DNA from: Promethearchaeia archaeon
GTDB taxonomy: Archaea > Asgardarchaeota > Lokiarchaeia > Sigyniarchaeales > SOKP01
Direction of reading: 5' to 3'
DNA: 64,000 nt
NCBI GenBank assembly: GCA_029856105.1
Contig: JAHQWH010000210.1
Location: 6,813-70,812, forward strand
Shown: piece by piece, positions 1-8,565 of the stretch
Numbering within the stretch: the first letter of the stretch is position 1
Layout: each line of letters opens with the position of its first letter
Program-made: the position numbers and the translations under genes
The notes under the pieces: model-generated
Databases searched by the model: none
What the model was told of the DNA's origin: nothing
What the model saw: only the letters and a program-made list of their open reading frames with translations

Positions 1-40
1 GAGCTTCTCCTAACTTTGAATATGATTTTACTTCTGTCAT
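1..40 (-). CDS. Methylenetetrahydrofolate reductase (MetF-like), N-terminal fragment; the gene runs off the left edge of the window
   Basis: The reverse complement of 1..40 reads ATG ACA GAA GTA AAA TCA TAT TCA AAG TTA GGA GAA GC = MTEVKSYSKLGEA. This resembles the N-terminus of the complete MetF-like ORF at 10426..11379 (MAKRKAYSQLCKA). It starts 8 nt after the stop of the MetV-like ORF at 49..720, the same gene order as metV-metF at 10426..12084. Confidence 0.45.
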   Translation of the reverse strand, partial: MTEVKSYSKLGEA

Positions 41-48
41 TTTCACAT

Positions 49-720
49 CTACCTCCATACTACCTCTCTTTGATGACCAATATCACTCCAATCTAAGGGG
101 TCTCTTAATTTTGCGAACAAATCTAAACGTCCTAATTCTTTTAAGCGATTATAAATCAATACCCATCCACAATCCTTCTCGTAATTGCCCACTTCACATT
201 TTCCGTCTACCATTCCGCCACAAGGCCCATTCATAAGCGATTTAGCGCAGGTTGTTATCGGACAAATTCCACCAGTTTCGTTTAATAAACATTGTCCACA
301 CCCCTGGCAGCGCATATAGAAACGTCCGATGCGTTCTGTCTCGCCTATAAACTCCGTGTTATTAGCCGTGAAAACTGGTATTGTTGGGTGAGTTTTTGAA
401 AGAACTGTAATAATTGACTGTACTCCTAAACCGCAAGCTAGCGTTAAAATAGCGTCAGATTTCTTAACATCATCATCAATAACTCGTAAATCTTTTTTCA
501 TCACACGGTTATCACAAACATCGTCGCTCACTATTGCATTAGTAACATTAAAGCCTCTTTCTTTTAGTTTTGCCGACCATTCTTCAGCCCCTTCAGATCC
601 TCCAGTTTGACAGAGAGCCGCGCAAACCCCACAGCTCACGACTAGTATGTTTTTAACTTTAAAATTGTTAAGTGCTTCAAAAACTTCTTCCTCTGGTTTT
701 TTCGTAGTTATTACAACCAT
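49..720 (-). CDS. MetV-like protein (methylene-THF reductase C-terminal, Cys-rich domain family), paralog 2
   Basis: 223 aa. It shares the motif series ACGLGV ... CxxCGxC..ETGGxCP...CAK...NGPCGGMVDGxCEV...C.W with the ORF at 11380..12084 and is followed by a MetF-like start. Confidence 0.7.
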   Translation of the reverse strand: MVVITTKKPEEEVFEALNNFKVKNILVVSCGVCAALCQTGGSEGAEEWSAKLKERGFNVTNAIVSDDVCDNRVMKKDLRVIDDDVKKSDAILTLACGLGVQSIITVLSKTHPTIPVFTANNTEFIGETERIGRFYMRCQGCGQCLLNETGGICPITTCAKSLMNGPCGGMVDGKCEVGNYEKDCGWVLIYNRLKELGRLDLFAKLRDPLDWSDIGHQREVVWR

Positions 721-1117
721 AATTCTTAACTCTTTTTTATAATTTTATTAGATTTTAAATTTAAATTACTTGTGATAAATAAATTAATGAAATTATTAAA
801 ATTTAATTTTTTTAGATCAAAGGTAAACATTTTTTATGACTAAATTTATTGTCATATTGATAATTATTATATTTTTTATGACGATTTTCTAAATAATCGT
901 CAAAAATATCAACATAATGATCAGATTTAAAAATTATTATTATTAAAATTGATGAATTTAAGAAGATAAAAACTTAAAGATAAGAAAGATGTGGATTCAA
1001 ATACAAAAAATCCATACCCATTTTTAAAGAAACGATGTAAAATGTTATTAAAAAAAATAAAATAAGAAAAAATAATATTTTCTATTGTTAAATTAAACCC
1101 ATATATAAAAAAGACCA

Positions 1118-2614
1118 TTAACCAATCAAGTAGGGAAACATTTTGGCTAATGGAACCGCTAAACCGCCAAGTAAAGAGCCGATAGAGGTCAATTTTTTTA
1201 AATAGGTTTTCATATCTTTAGTAACTTTTATTGTCCTCGTTTTTCCTTCAATAATCGTGCCATCAGAAGACATTAAGAATATTTGAATCGTTTGTTCTCC
1301 CGTTTGTCTTGGCTCTAAAGTTAACCAAGTCGAGTCTCCGTTTTCTATCATGGTTGATAACACCCCTACGATATCAGTACCTTCAGAAGAGATTAAAGGA
1401 ATGGGTTTCTCTGGGATTAAGAAGACCCCTCTACCTTCAACCTTGATTGCTAAATTTAATTCGCTAGGTTCAAAGCCGGGAGCAACTACTTTTATAGTGT
1501 ATTTTTTATCTTCTGGGGCATTGTTGTAGAGAAAGATCATAATATTTAGTTCAGCATTCAAAAATACCACTTCTTGGGCTGAGGAATCCATATATATCGG
1601 ATCCTTTGAAACGCGTTCAATATTATCAGCGAGTTCTAATTGAAGTCTATCAATGATGTTGAAGAAGCCCGGATTGTATTTTTTGATATAAGCAAATAGT
1701 TTATAGACATCGGTAGTAGAAAAATACCACGAATTCTCAATTAGTAGTCCCTTTTCGACGTCAAAATCCAGCGAGTTAACGTCAATAATTTCTGCCAGTT
1801 CTCGGGTAAATTGCTCTTTGGCTAATACATTTTGATATCTTAAATAATATAAAAACAAAAGCGATTCAATTGCAAAAGTTACTGGGATTTCTCCTTCTTC
1901 TTGCTCTTTGATTTTTTGAATAAAGGAGGGCGTCAAAATTTTGTTAATCCCTGCTAAATATTCGTCCCATTTGAGGAATGTAACAGGATCTAAATGATCG
2001 GAAAATACTTCTCCAAAAAAATTGTCCAAAAATATACTATGAGACGTGGGCTTGTAGAAGTCTTGTAGGCCGTTTACATCGTGGATGTTCAAATTCAGAC
2101 TTCTAATTAACAGCGCTAATCCAAAACCTACTAACGACAATCCAACAGCGGCAAAACCGATATCAAAAAGCGTAGGCACTAATAACATGACAACGAATAG
2201 AACCAGTGAGAGTATACATACGAATCCTATTATTTTAATTAAGTTTGTGACTCTCTTGACGCTGTTAAAGAGTAAAACAAAACCATCAAGGCTGTCAATT
2301 GGTCTCCCTCTTTTTCTCTCGAAATTCAATCTTGCCTTAAGAGACGCAGTAGTTTTAATTCCACCTAAGATAAGGATAGCCGAGTTTACGCCATAAATTG
2401 ATAGTATAATTATAAACACATATCTTAGGGTTAAATCAAGAAGAGCAATGTTAAGCAATGCTAACAAAGCCATTAGAACGAGTACGATAGGTAAGACATA
2501 TAGAAGTAATTTTCCCCATTTAGTCATATATCTTACTAATTTCCCTTGAGTTCTCTCTTTTTTAACTATTTTAACTAAATCTTTATCTAATCTTCTTTCC
2601 ATTTTATAAATCAT
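1118..2614 (-). CDS. Hypothetical membrane protein: N-terminal multi-TM region, large soluble middle, beta-rich C-terminal domain and C-terminal hydrophobic tail
   Basis: Long 498-aa ORF. Hydrophobic helices include LLLYVLPIVLVLMALLALL, VFIIILSIYGVNSAILILGG, IIGFVCILSLVLFVVMLLV and AAVGLSLVGFGLALLI. The C-terminal tail is SIGSLLGGLAVPLAKMF. No recognisable catalytic motif. Confidence 0.55.
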   Translation of the reverse strand: MIYKMERRLDKDLVKIVKKERTQGKLVRYMTKWGKLLLYVLPIVLVLMALLALLNIALLDLTLRYVFIIILSIYGVNSAILILGGIKTTASLKARLNFERKRGRPIDSLDGFVLLFNSVKRVTNLIKIIGFVCILSLVLFVVMLLVPTLFDIGFAAVGLSLVGFGLALLIRSLNLNIHDVNGLQDFYKPTSHSIFLDNFFGEVFSDHLDPVTFLKWDEYLAGINKILTPSFIQKIKEQEEGEIPVTFAIESLLFLYYLRYQNVLAKEQFTRELAEIIDVNSLDFDVEKGLLIENSWYFSTTDVYKLFAYIKKYNPGFFNIIDRLQLELADNIERVSKDPIYMDSSAQEVVFLNAELNIMIFLYNNAPEDKKYTIKVVAPGFEPSELNLAIKVEGRGVFLIPEKPIPLISSEGTDIVGVLSTMIENGDSTWLTLEPRQTGEQTIQIFLMSSDGTIIEGKTRTIKVTKDMKTYLKKLTSIGSLLGGLAVPLAKMFPYLIG

Positions 2615-3156
2615 CTGTTTAAATTCTGTAATACTTAATAATTATATAGTTAGAATAATAGAAAACGTACTTTAAAATTTTAATGAAAATATTTCTTTTG
2701 ATTTCTTACAATATTATCGTTATTAAAAACTAAATACCAATTAAGGTATTGATCAAAAAAGAAAAATTAAAAAAAAGAATTAGTAAATAAGCTATAAAAA
2801 TTCTTTAAGTTGTAAGTTTTTGATCATTTTTTACCAACATTTTTTAGTATTTTTATAACCTTTTCCTTACAATTTTTTAATAATAGTGCGGAAAAAATCG
2901 TAGAAAATCTGGAAAATGTCGTTTTTCAATCGTTTTTAAATCCTCAAAGTTAATAGGAGGGATTTTTTTCCCCCAAAAAGTAAGGATTCCTTTTTCAATC
3001 GTTATATGTTCAGAAAAAGTTAGATTTTCAAAGATTCGCCCGATCTCGTAAAATGGGGTAAGGAAATTTTCCCATTATATTTATATACTAATTTATTCTT
3101 AAAGTAATTAATAATAAAAAAATAAAAATAAAACAAACTCGGAGTGAAAAAAAAAT

Positions 3157-3495
3157 ATGGAAATATTAAACCTTCAAGAAAAAGTTTTAGACCTTTCTAA
3201 CGATCAACTAAAAAGTATTTATTCAGCAGCTAGTAGAATAAGTCAAGATAGTATTGAGGAATTAACACCTATCCTATTGAGAATATGCTTAAACTGCGAG
3301 ACAGGTGTTTTAAAAGACGAGCTCGGGCGAGTTATCTTTCATTTACAGAAGACAGAGAGATTGGATACTCGAATTGGTCTTGAAAAACTTTTACATGGAG
3401 CATTAAAAGTAAACGCTAAAGAAGTATTTAGTCTTCTTGAATCTGGTGCGCCAGATGCTAAAGATTTGTCTGAAAGAATAAAATCAATTTTATAA
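3157..3495 (+). CDS. Hypothetical protein (small, helical)
   Basis: 112-aa ORF with an ATG start in an otherwise non-coding gap. A T-rich tract follows the stop. No motif recognised. Confidence 0.45.
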   Translation: MEILNLQEKVLDLSNDQLKSIYSAASRISQDSIEELTPILLRICLNCETGVLKDELGRVIFHLQKTERLDTRIGLEKLLHGALKVNAKEVFSLLESGAPDAKDLSERIKSIL

Positions 3496-3534
3496 TGAAA
3501 AACCTTTTTTTTCTAATCTTATTTTATTTTAATA

Positions 3535-3816
3535 ATGTCTAATAAAGATAATCAATCTGATTTAGATAAAGCTTGGGAGCATTACAAGAAAATACGAGAA
3601 GCTCTTACGGGTTTATACGAAATTTTGGATTTTAATTTAGAAAAGGACAATATTTTTTACCAATGTGCGCTCGACAACTTAGAAAATTTAAAAGACACGA
3701 TTATCGACTTATTAAAAAAGGATTATAATCCCTCCGAAATTAAAATAAAATTGAGAGAGTTAGAATTCGATATGAAGAAAGAGCTTTTTTTTGAAAAAAA
3801 AGAAAAACAAAAATAA
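3535..3816 (+). CDS. Hypothetical protein (small, helical, charged)
   Basis: 93-aa ORF lying 39 nt downstream of the previous ORF on the same strand. No motif recognised. Confidence 0.4.
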   Translation: MSNKDNQSDLDKAWEHYKKIREALTGLYEILDFNLEKDNIFYQCALDNLENLKDTIIDLLKKDYNPSEIKIKLRELEFDMKKELFFEKKEKQK

Positions 3817-3997
3817 ATCGTTATAGAGAAAGAGTATTTAGATTAATCTTAAGTTTATTTTTGACAATTTGGTATTATTGTTTAATAGTTCAATATTTCG
3901 CATTCAATTTTATTTATAAAGACTGTTGAGTTTTTTTAATATTAATATTAATTAAAATTAATATTAAAAAATTAAATATTAATGAAGTGAATGTGAA

Positions 3998-4702
3998 ATG
4001 CTTATTCTAGAAGGATGGATAGATGGCATAACTGCGTCCGGAGTTGTTATTTTTGGATTAATATTTGGATTATTCTTCTTATTTAAATCGCAAAAATCTG
4101 GTGCTAGGATTTTAACTTTTTTAGGTTTAGTAAATATTTTAGCAGGACTTATGTATTTAGGTGTCTTTACAGATTTTTTAGTTGTTCTTGCAACGGAAAA
4201 CAATTTAGATAATACTACTGGCTTAGTTGGAATATTAAGTTACATTTGGTTCGCACCTGCGATGATAATCGCCCTTTATATCGGTGCTGAACTCCTAGTA
4301 CCAAAGAAAAAGTGGTATCTTATGTTCATAATCTTCATTTTAAGCGTTATATTTGAAGTGTTTTTCATCTTAGATCCAATGGGCACTTTTAATTTCGTTG
4401 ATCCAGAATTTCCAGGGGAGACATTAATTGATTATAACGTAAACATGTTTACTCCGGCAGGTATTATAATGGCAATTTTATTATTAGCCGTTTTAGTAAT
4501 ACTTGGCTTTGGGTTCTTAATAAAAAGCATCAAGTCTGGTGGTGTATTAAGGAAAAGATTTTTTCTCTTATCAATGGGATCTATATGCTTCTGTATTTTC
4601 GGATTAATGGAAGGATTAACTGCTCCAGGATTGATGGTAATTTTTGTTAGAATCGGATATTTAACTAGTTTTTGGCTAATGTATTACGGGCTAAAAACTT
4701 AA
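3998..4702 (+). CDS. Hypothetical integral membrane protein, about seven predicted TM segments
   Basis: 234 aa with about seven hydrophobic stretches of 20 aa or more (for example VVIFGLIFGLFFLF, ILTFLGLVNILAGLMYLGVF, IIMAILLLAVLVILGFGFLI). There is no retinal-type Lys inside the last helix. Confidence 0.6.
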   Translation: MLILEGWIDGITASGVVIFGLIFGLFFLFKSQKSGARILTFLGLVNILAGLMYLGVFTDFLVVLATENNLDNTTGLVGILSYIWFAPAMIIALYIGAELLVPKKKWYLMFIIFILSVIFEVFFILDPMGTFNFVDPEFPGETLIDYNVNMFTPAGIIMAILLLAVLVILGFGFLIKSIKSGGVLRKRFFLLSMGSICFCIFGLMEGLTAPGLMVIFVRIGYLTSFWLMYYGLKT

Positions 4703-4885
4703 ATTTCTTTTTTTTCATTTTTTCATATTAAAATGCAAAAATTATTTGTATTGTATTCAGTTTTTTTCTATTAAATTACAAAAATTGGTCTATAGTTGTT
4801 TTTTATTAGAAAGAATCATTAATTTTATTAGGACTTACAGTCTAAAATATATTTAATGACACTCAATTATAATTATTGTTAAAAT

Positions 4886-5884
4886 ATGAGTAAAACAAGT
4901 TTAAAAAAAGAATTTCAAATAAATAATGATTCTACCATTATTGATATTCAAGACATTAAGAAGTATTTCAAAGATGTTAAAGCCGTAGATGGACTCTCTT
5001 TAAAAGTAAAGAAAGGAGAATTATTTAGTATTCTGGGTCCCAATGGTGCTGGAAAAACAACCTTAGTTCGAATGTTAACAACTATCTTAACCCCAACCTC
5101 AGGGAATGCTTACATAAAAGGGCACAGCTTAAAAACAGAAAAAAGTGCAATTGTTAGATTTATTGGTGTTTCCCCTCAAGAAGTTGTATTATATGATGTT
5201 TTAAGAGCTGAAGAAAACGTAGAGTTTGTTGCTCATATGCATGGAATATCAAACAAGGAGACTAAAGAAAAAGCAAAAATCTTATTAGAAAAATTTGGTA
5301 TTGCAGGTCGTAAGACTTGGTCAAAAAATTTCTCAGGTGGAATGAAGCGCCGATTGAACCTTGCTATGGCTTTAGTATTCGATCCTGAAATTCTCTTTCT
5401 TGATGAGCCTACTGCTGGTCTTGATCCTCAAGCAAGGCGATTTGTTTGGGATTATATTCGTGAATTAAAGAGTAAAGATATTACGATTATTCTTCTGACA
5501 CATGATATGGTGGAAGCAGATTCTCTTAGTGATCGTGTGGCAATAATCGATCGTGGTAAAATAATTGCTCAAGGAACACCTACCGAGTTGAAAGAAAAAC
5601 ATGGAAGTGACAATGTGTTAGAGATATCATTTATTGAGCAAATAGATTTGAATAATGTAAAAAATAGTTTAGGAAAAATCTCATTTGTAACTAATTCAAA
5701 AGAAATTATTAAAAAAGGAAGAAAAACACTCCTAATATCTTTCAAAGGTGGTTTGAAAGAATTTATCCACATTCTCCAGTCGGGATTTATTAATAATATT
5801 AATGAGGTTGAAAATCTGAAATTTCGCCAGAATTCTCTTGAAGATGTATTTTTAAACTTAACAGGAAAGAGGTTAAGAGATTAA
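4886..5884 (+). CDS. ABC transporter ATP-binding protein (ABC-2/DrrA-like)
   Basis: Walker A GPNGAGKTT, signature FSGGMKRRL, Walker B ILFLDEPT, H-loop LTHDM. Confidence 0.9.
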   Translation: MSKTSLKKEFQINNDSTIIDIQDIKKYFKDVKAVDGLSLKVKKGELFSILGPNGAGKTTLVRMLTTILTPTSGNAYIKGHSLKTEKSAIVRFIGVSPQEVVLYDVLRAEENVEFVAHMHGISNKETKEKAKILLEKFGIAGRKTWSKNFSGGMKRRLNLAMALVFDPEILFLDEPTAGLDPQARRFVWDYIRELKSKDITIILLTHDMVEADSLSDRVAIIDRGKIIAQGTPTELKEKHGSDNVLEISFIEQIDLNNVKNSLGKISFVTNSKEIIKKGRKTLLISFKGGLKEFIHILQSGFINNINEVENLKFRQNSLEDVFLNLTGKRLRD

Positions 5885-6685
5885 ATGAAATTACTGGATA
5901 ATAAAGCAATTCAAATTGCTATTAAAAATTTCAAGGATAAAATTCGTCATTGGCAATATGTATTTTTTTCTCTCGTACTTCCAATCATGTTTACTATTAT
6001 GTTTTACTTTATGCTTGGAACGGAAGAGCTCCCCTCAGGTAAAACGGCTTTCGATTATGGTTTTCCTGGCATGATAACTTATGCAACTGCCATTGGAACT
6101 ATGAACGCAGCAATTATGTTTGCAGGAGAGAGAAGTTCAGGTATGCTTAGTCGATTAGACACAATGCCAACTGGTAGAAAAAATATGTTCTTAGGAGCTT
6201 TAATTTCTGAATCTATCTTTTTATCGCTTCAAATCATCATTATGTTCGTTATTGGATATGCAATTCTTGGTTTATATTTTGAAAGTCCGCTAGCTTTACT
6301 TTTTGGTTTCTTAATTGCAGTTCTTTTTGGTATTTCCTCTGTAGGTTTAGGTATAATAATTGCTAGTATGTCAAAAACAGTTGAAATAGCAAATGCATTT
6401 TCATTGTTGTTTTTTATGGTAATTATTTTCCTTTCAGGAAGTTTGATGCCGTTCGATAGTCCAATCGTCTATTTCACGCCTCCATTCTGGGCAAAACAAG
6501 TATATTTGCAAATTGTTGTAATGGGACACGGATTAGGTGAGAATTTGTACAGCAGCTCATTAATAGGCTCTTCTGCTGAGGTCATCCCAATTTCTTTATT
6601 AGGTGGATTATTGATTGTCGTAGCCTATACAATTGTATTTATAATAATAGGTATTATCATATTCCAGAAAAAAACCAAATTTTAG
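5885..6685 (+). CDS. ABC-2 type transporter permease
   Basis: Starts immediately after the ATPase stop. 266 aa with about six hydrophobic helices, as expected for an ABC-2 permease partner. Confidence 0.8.
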   Translation: MKLLDNKAIQIAIKNFKDKIRHWQYVFFSLVLPIMFTIMFYFMLGTEELPSGKTAFDYGFPGMITYATAIGTMNAAIMFAGERSSGMLSRLDTMPTGRKNMFLGALISESIFLSLQIIIMFVIGYAILGLYFESPLALLFGFLIAVLFGISSVGLGIIIASMSKTVEIANAFSLLFFMVIIFLSGSLMPFDSPIVYFTPPFWAKQVYLQIVVMGHGLGENLYSSSLIGSSAEVIPISLLGGLLIVVAYTIVFIIIGIIIFQKKTKF

Positions 6686-6703
6686 TATGAAAACTTCAAA
6701 AAC

Positions 6704-7078
6704 CTATTCCTTTATTTTCCATTTCTTAAGTTTATCAACAGGCTTAGGTAGATGCCCTTCTAACCATTCAGCCGCATCATCTGGGATAAAGTCCTTTGAT
6801 TCACACTCTATCACCCAAGATAAAAATTCTTGAGGTCCACCATTCATATATGGTGGGGGAGAAACGGGTTTAAATGATGTAGGTAACCTCTCCTCTACAG
6901 ATACATAATTTAATACGTGACCAAGCTCTTGAACAACATTCCACGCTAAAGCATGTTCTATATCAATTGTAAATTTAACCCACCAAAAATCCCCTTCAAC
7001 GCCACTTCCAATAGAATTACCAATCGAGGGGACTTTCTTGAGAAATTGGAGCAATTTGTCAAACAATTTATCTTCCAT
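6704..7078 (-). CDS. Hypothetical protein
   Basis: 124-aa ORF with non-repetitive composition (several Trp, PPPYMNGGP). No motif recognised. Confidence 0.5.
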   Translation of the reverse strand: MEDKLFDKLLQFLKKVPSIGNSIGSGVEGDFWWVKFTIDIEHALAWNVVQELGHVLNYVSVEERLPTSFKPVSPPPYMNGGPQEFLSWVIECESKDFIPDDAAEWLEGHLPKPVDKLKKWKIKE

Positions 7079-7145
7079 ATTGACTTGAAAACGCCCTAAT
7101 ATTTAAAATTATTTGGAGAGTGAAGATATTATTTAACGTACTTTA

Positions 7146-7304
7146 TTATTCACCATTATGTTCATTGAACTCGTTAGGTTTAGCTCCACAAAATACCTCA
7201 ATTTTAAAGAATTTCATCTCTTTATTACAATTTTCGCATTAATATGTACCTGGTTCTTTATTTTCAATAACTAAATTACATTCCTTACACGCGATTGCTT
7301 TCAT
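7146..7304 (-). pseudogene. Zinc-ribbon mini-ORF interrupted by an in-frame TAA between its two CxxC knuckles
   Basis: Hand translation of the reverse strand gives MKAIACKECNLVIENKEPGTY-TAA-CENCNKEMKFFKIEVFCGAKPNEFNEHNGE-TAA. The CKEC and CENC knuckles are in the same frame, separated by 14 codons plus the stop. Confidence 0.35.
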
Positions 7305-7404
7305 ATTAAATCTATCTATTTTTTTTTTTTCTTTTAATAATTTTAAAAGGCAAATTAAAAATTGCTTTCTTAATTTTTTCAAACAAGTATTAATTATCGA
7401 TTAC

Positions 7405-8439
7405 TTGGTACTAATTTTGTACAAATTTAAATCTGAAGTCAATAAAATTGACGATGTCTATCGAATTAAAATTGACGTTCCATTTGCCGTAAAGTTCGTT
7501 TGTCTTTACCTTTTTAAATTTAATGATCAATACATTCTAATAGATGCTGGTTTAAATATGGGAAATTGGAGTAAACTTCTTTTTTCAGCGCTTAACGATT
7601 TAAATATAACAATTGGAGATATTGATTATTGTTTTATAACACATATTCATATGGATCACATAGGATTAGTAAAAACCCTTAAACGCAAAAACCCAAATCT
7701 GAAAATAGTGATGAACGATATAACTCATAAAGTTTTGAGATGGGAAACAAACGATTCAACTATGGAAGAGGTAAAAGCCGAAGCTAAAAAAGTTGCAAAT
7801 CTGATGATAAAATATGGAATTAGCGAAGAAAAAGGGAAAAGAGTGGTTCAATTTTTTACTTTTTGGCCGAAACTTCTGCGCTACCAAAAACCAGATGTAA
7901 TTGTGCGCGATAACGATAGATTTTTGGATGATTTAGAAATAATTTGGACACCAGGTCATAGTTTTGGCCACACTTGTATCTTTAATGCTAAAAAGAAATA
8001 TCTCTTTGCTGGAGATCACATCTTATCGAGAATTACTCCACACATCGGGAATTTCTTGATTCCTAATACTCTTAAGGAAGAATATGAGAAGTACGATTTT
8101 GATAACATTTTAGAACATTATCTAAACTCGCTGGATCGAATTGATAAGTTAAATACAAAGATAATTTTCCCTGCTCATCAAAACATAATATATAATCCAC
8201 ACGAGCGTATTTTAGAGATAAAGAGACATCACGAGAATAGGTTATCTGAAATCTCGAATTTAATTAAAGACAAGCCTATGACGCCATTCAAGATTTCTCA
8301 AATTCATTTTGGAACGGATTTAGACGAATTGAATTCATTTATGGCTTTAAGCGAAGTATTAGGGCATCTTTTTTATCTGGAAAAGCAAGGAACTGTGCAA
8401 AAATTTGAAAAAAGCGGAAAAATTTATTATAAAAATTAA
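7405..8439 (+). CDS. MBL-fold metallo-hydrolase
   Basis: HxHxDH motif (THIHMDHIG), a later GHSFGH and a distal H. TTG start as given in the ORF track. The C-terminal end looks winged-helix-like. Confidence 0.8.
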   Translation: MVLILYKFKSEVNKIDDVYRIKIDVPFAVKFVCLYLFKFNDQYILIDAGLNMGNWSKLLFSALNDLNITIGDIDYCFITHIHMDHIGLVKTLKRKNPNLKIVMNDITHKVLRWETNDSTMEEVKAEAKKVANLMIKYGISEEKGKRVVQFFTFWPKLLRYQKPDVIVRDNDRFLDDLEIIWTPGHSFGHTCIFNAKKKYLFAGDHILSRITPHIGNFLIPNTLKEEYEKYDFDNILEHYLNSLDRIDKLNTKIIFPAHQNIIYNPHERILEIKRHHENRLSEISNLIKDKPMTPFKISQIHFGTDLDELNSFMALSEVLGHLFYLEKQGTVQKFEKSGKIYYKN

Positions 8440-8565
8440 ATTAGTTTAGAAGTAGTAATCATTAAAATATCAAAACTACATTATTGTATAAAATTTTAAA
8501 TTGTATCCTTTCTAAGTTATTTAATAAGTAAATAAAGATAATTTTATAAATATTATAGAGGGTGA

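Noticed and set aside
927-1118. 63-aa ORF (MVFFIYGFNLTIENIIFSYFIFF...) from the ORF track.
   Set aside because: Its composition is extreme Phe/Asn/Ile low complexity, as expected from translating AT-rich non-coding DNA. It has no motif and abuts the stop of the real gene at 1118..2614.
2885-3076. Slightly GC-richer patch in the 542-bp gap. It carries a reverse-strand open frame of about 65 codons (…ENFLTPFYEIGRIFENLTFSEHITIEKGILTFWGKKIPPINFEDLKTIEKRHFPDFLRFFPHYY) and a 13-bp direct repeat tttttcaatcgtt at 2922..2934 and 2991..3003.
   Set aside because: The frame contains no ATG, GTG or TTG start, which is why it is absent from the ORF track. I found no recognisable motif and no convincing RNA hairpin. 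It may be a gene remnant, but I cannot support a feature call.
3931-3990. Run of attaat/aatatt palindromic units (aatattaatattaattaaaattaatattaaaaaattaaatattaat) upstream of the 7-TM gene.
   Set aside because: It is a low-complexity AT repeat in a very AT-rich genome. It has no defined periodicity or flanking structure that would suggest an origin, CRISPR array or transposon end.
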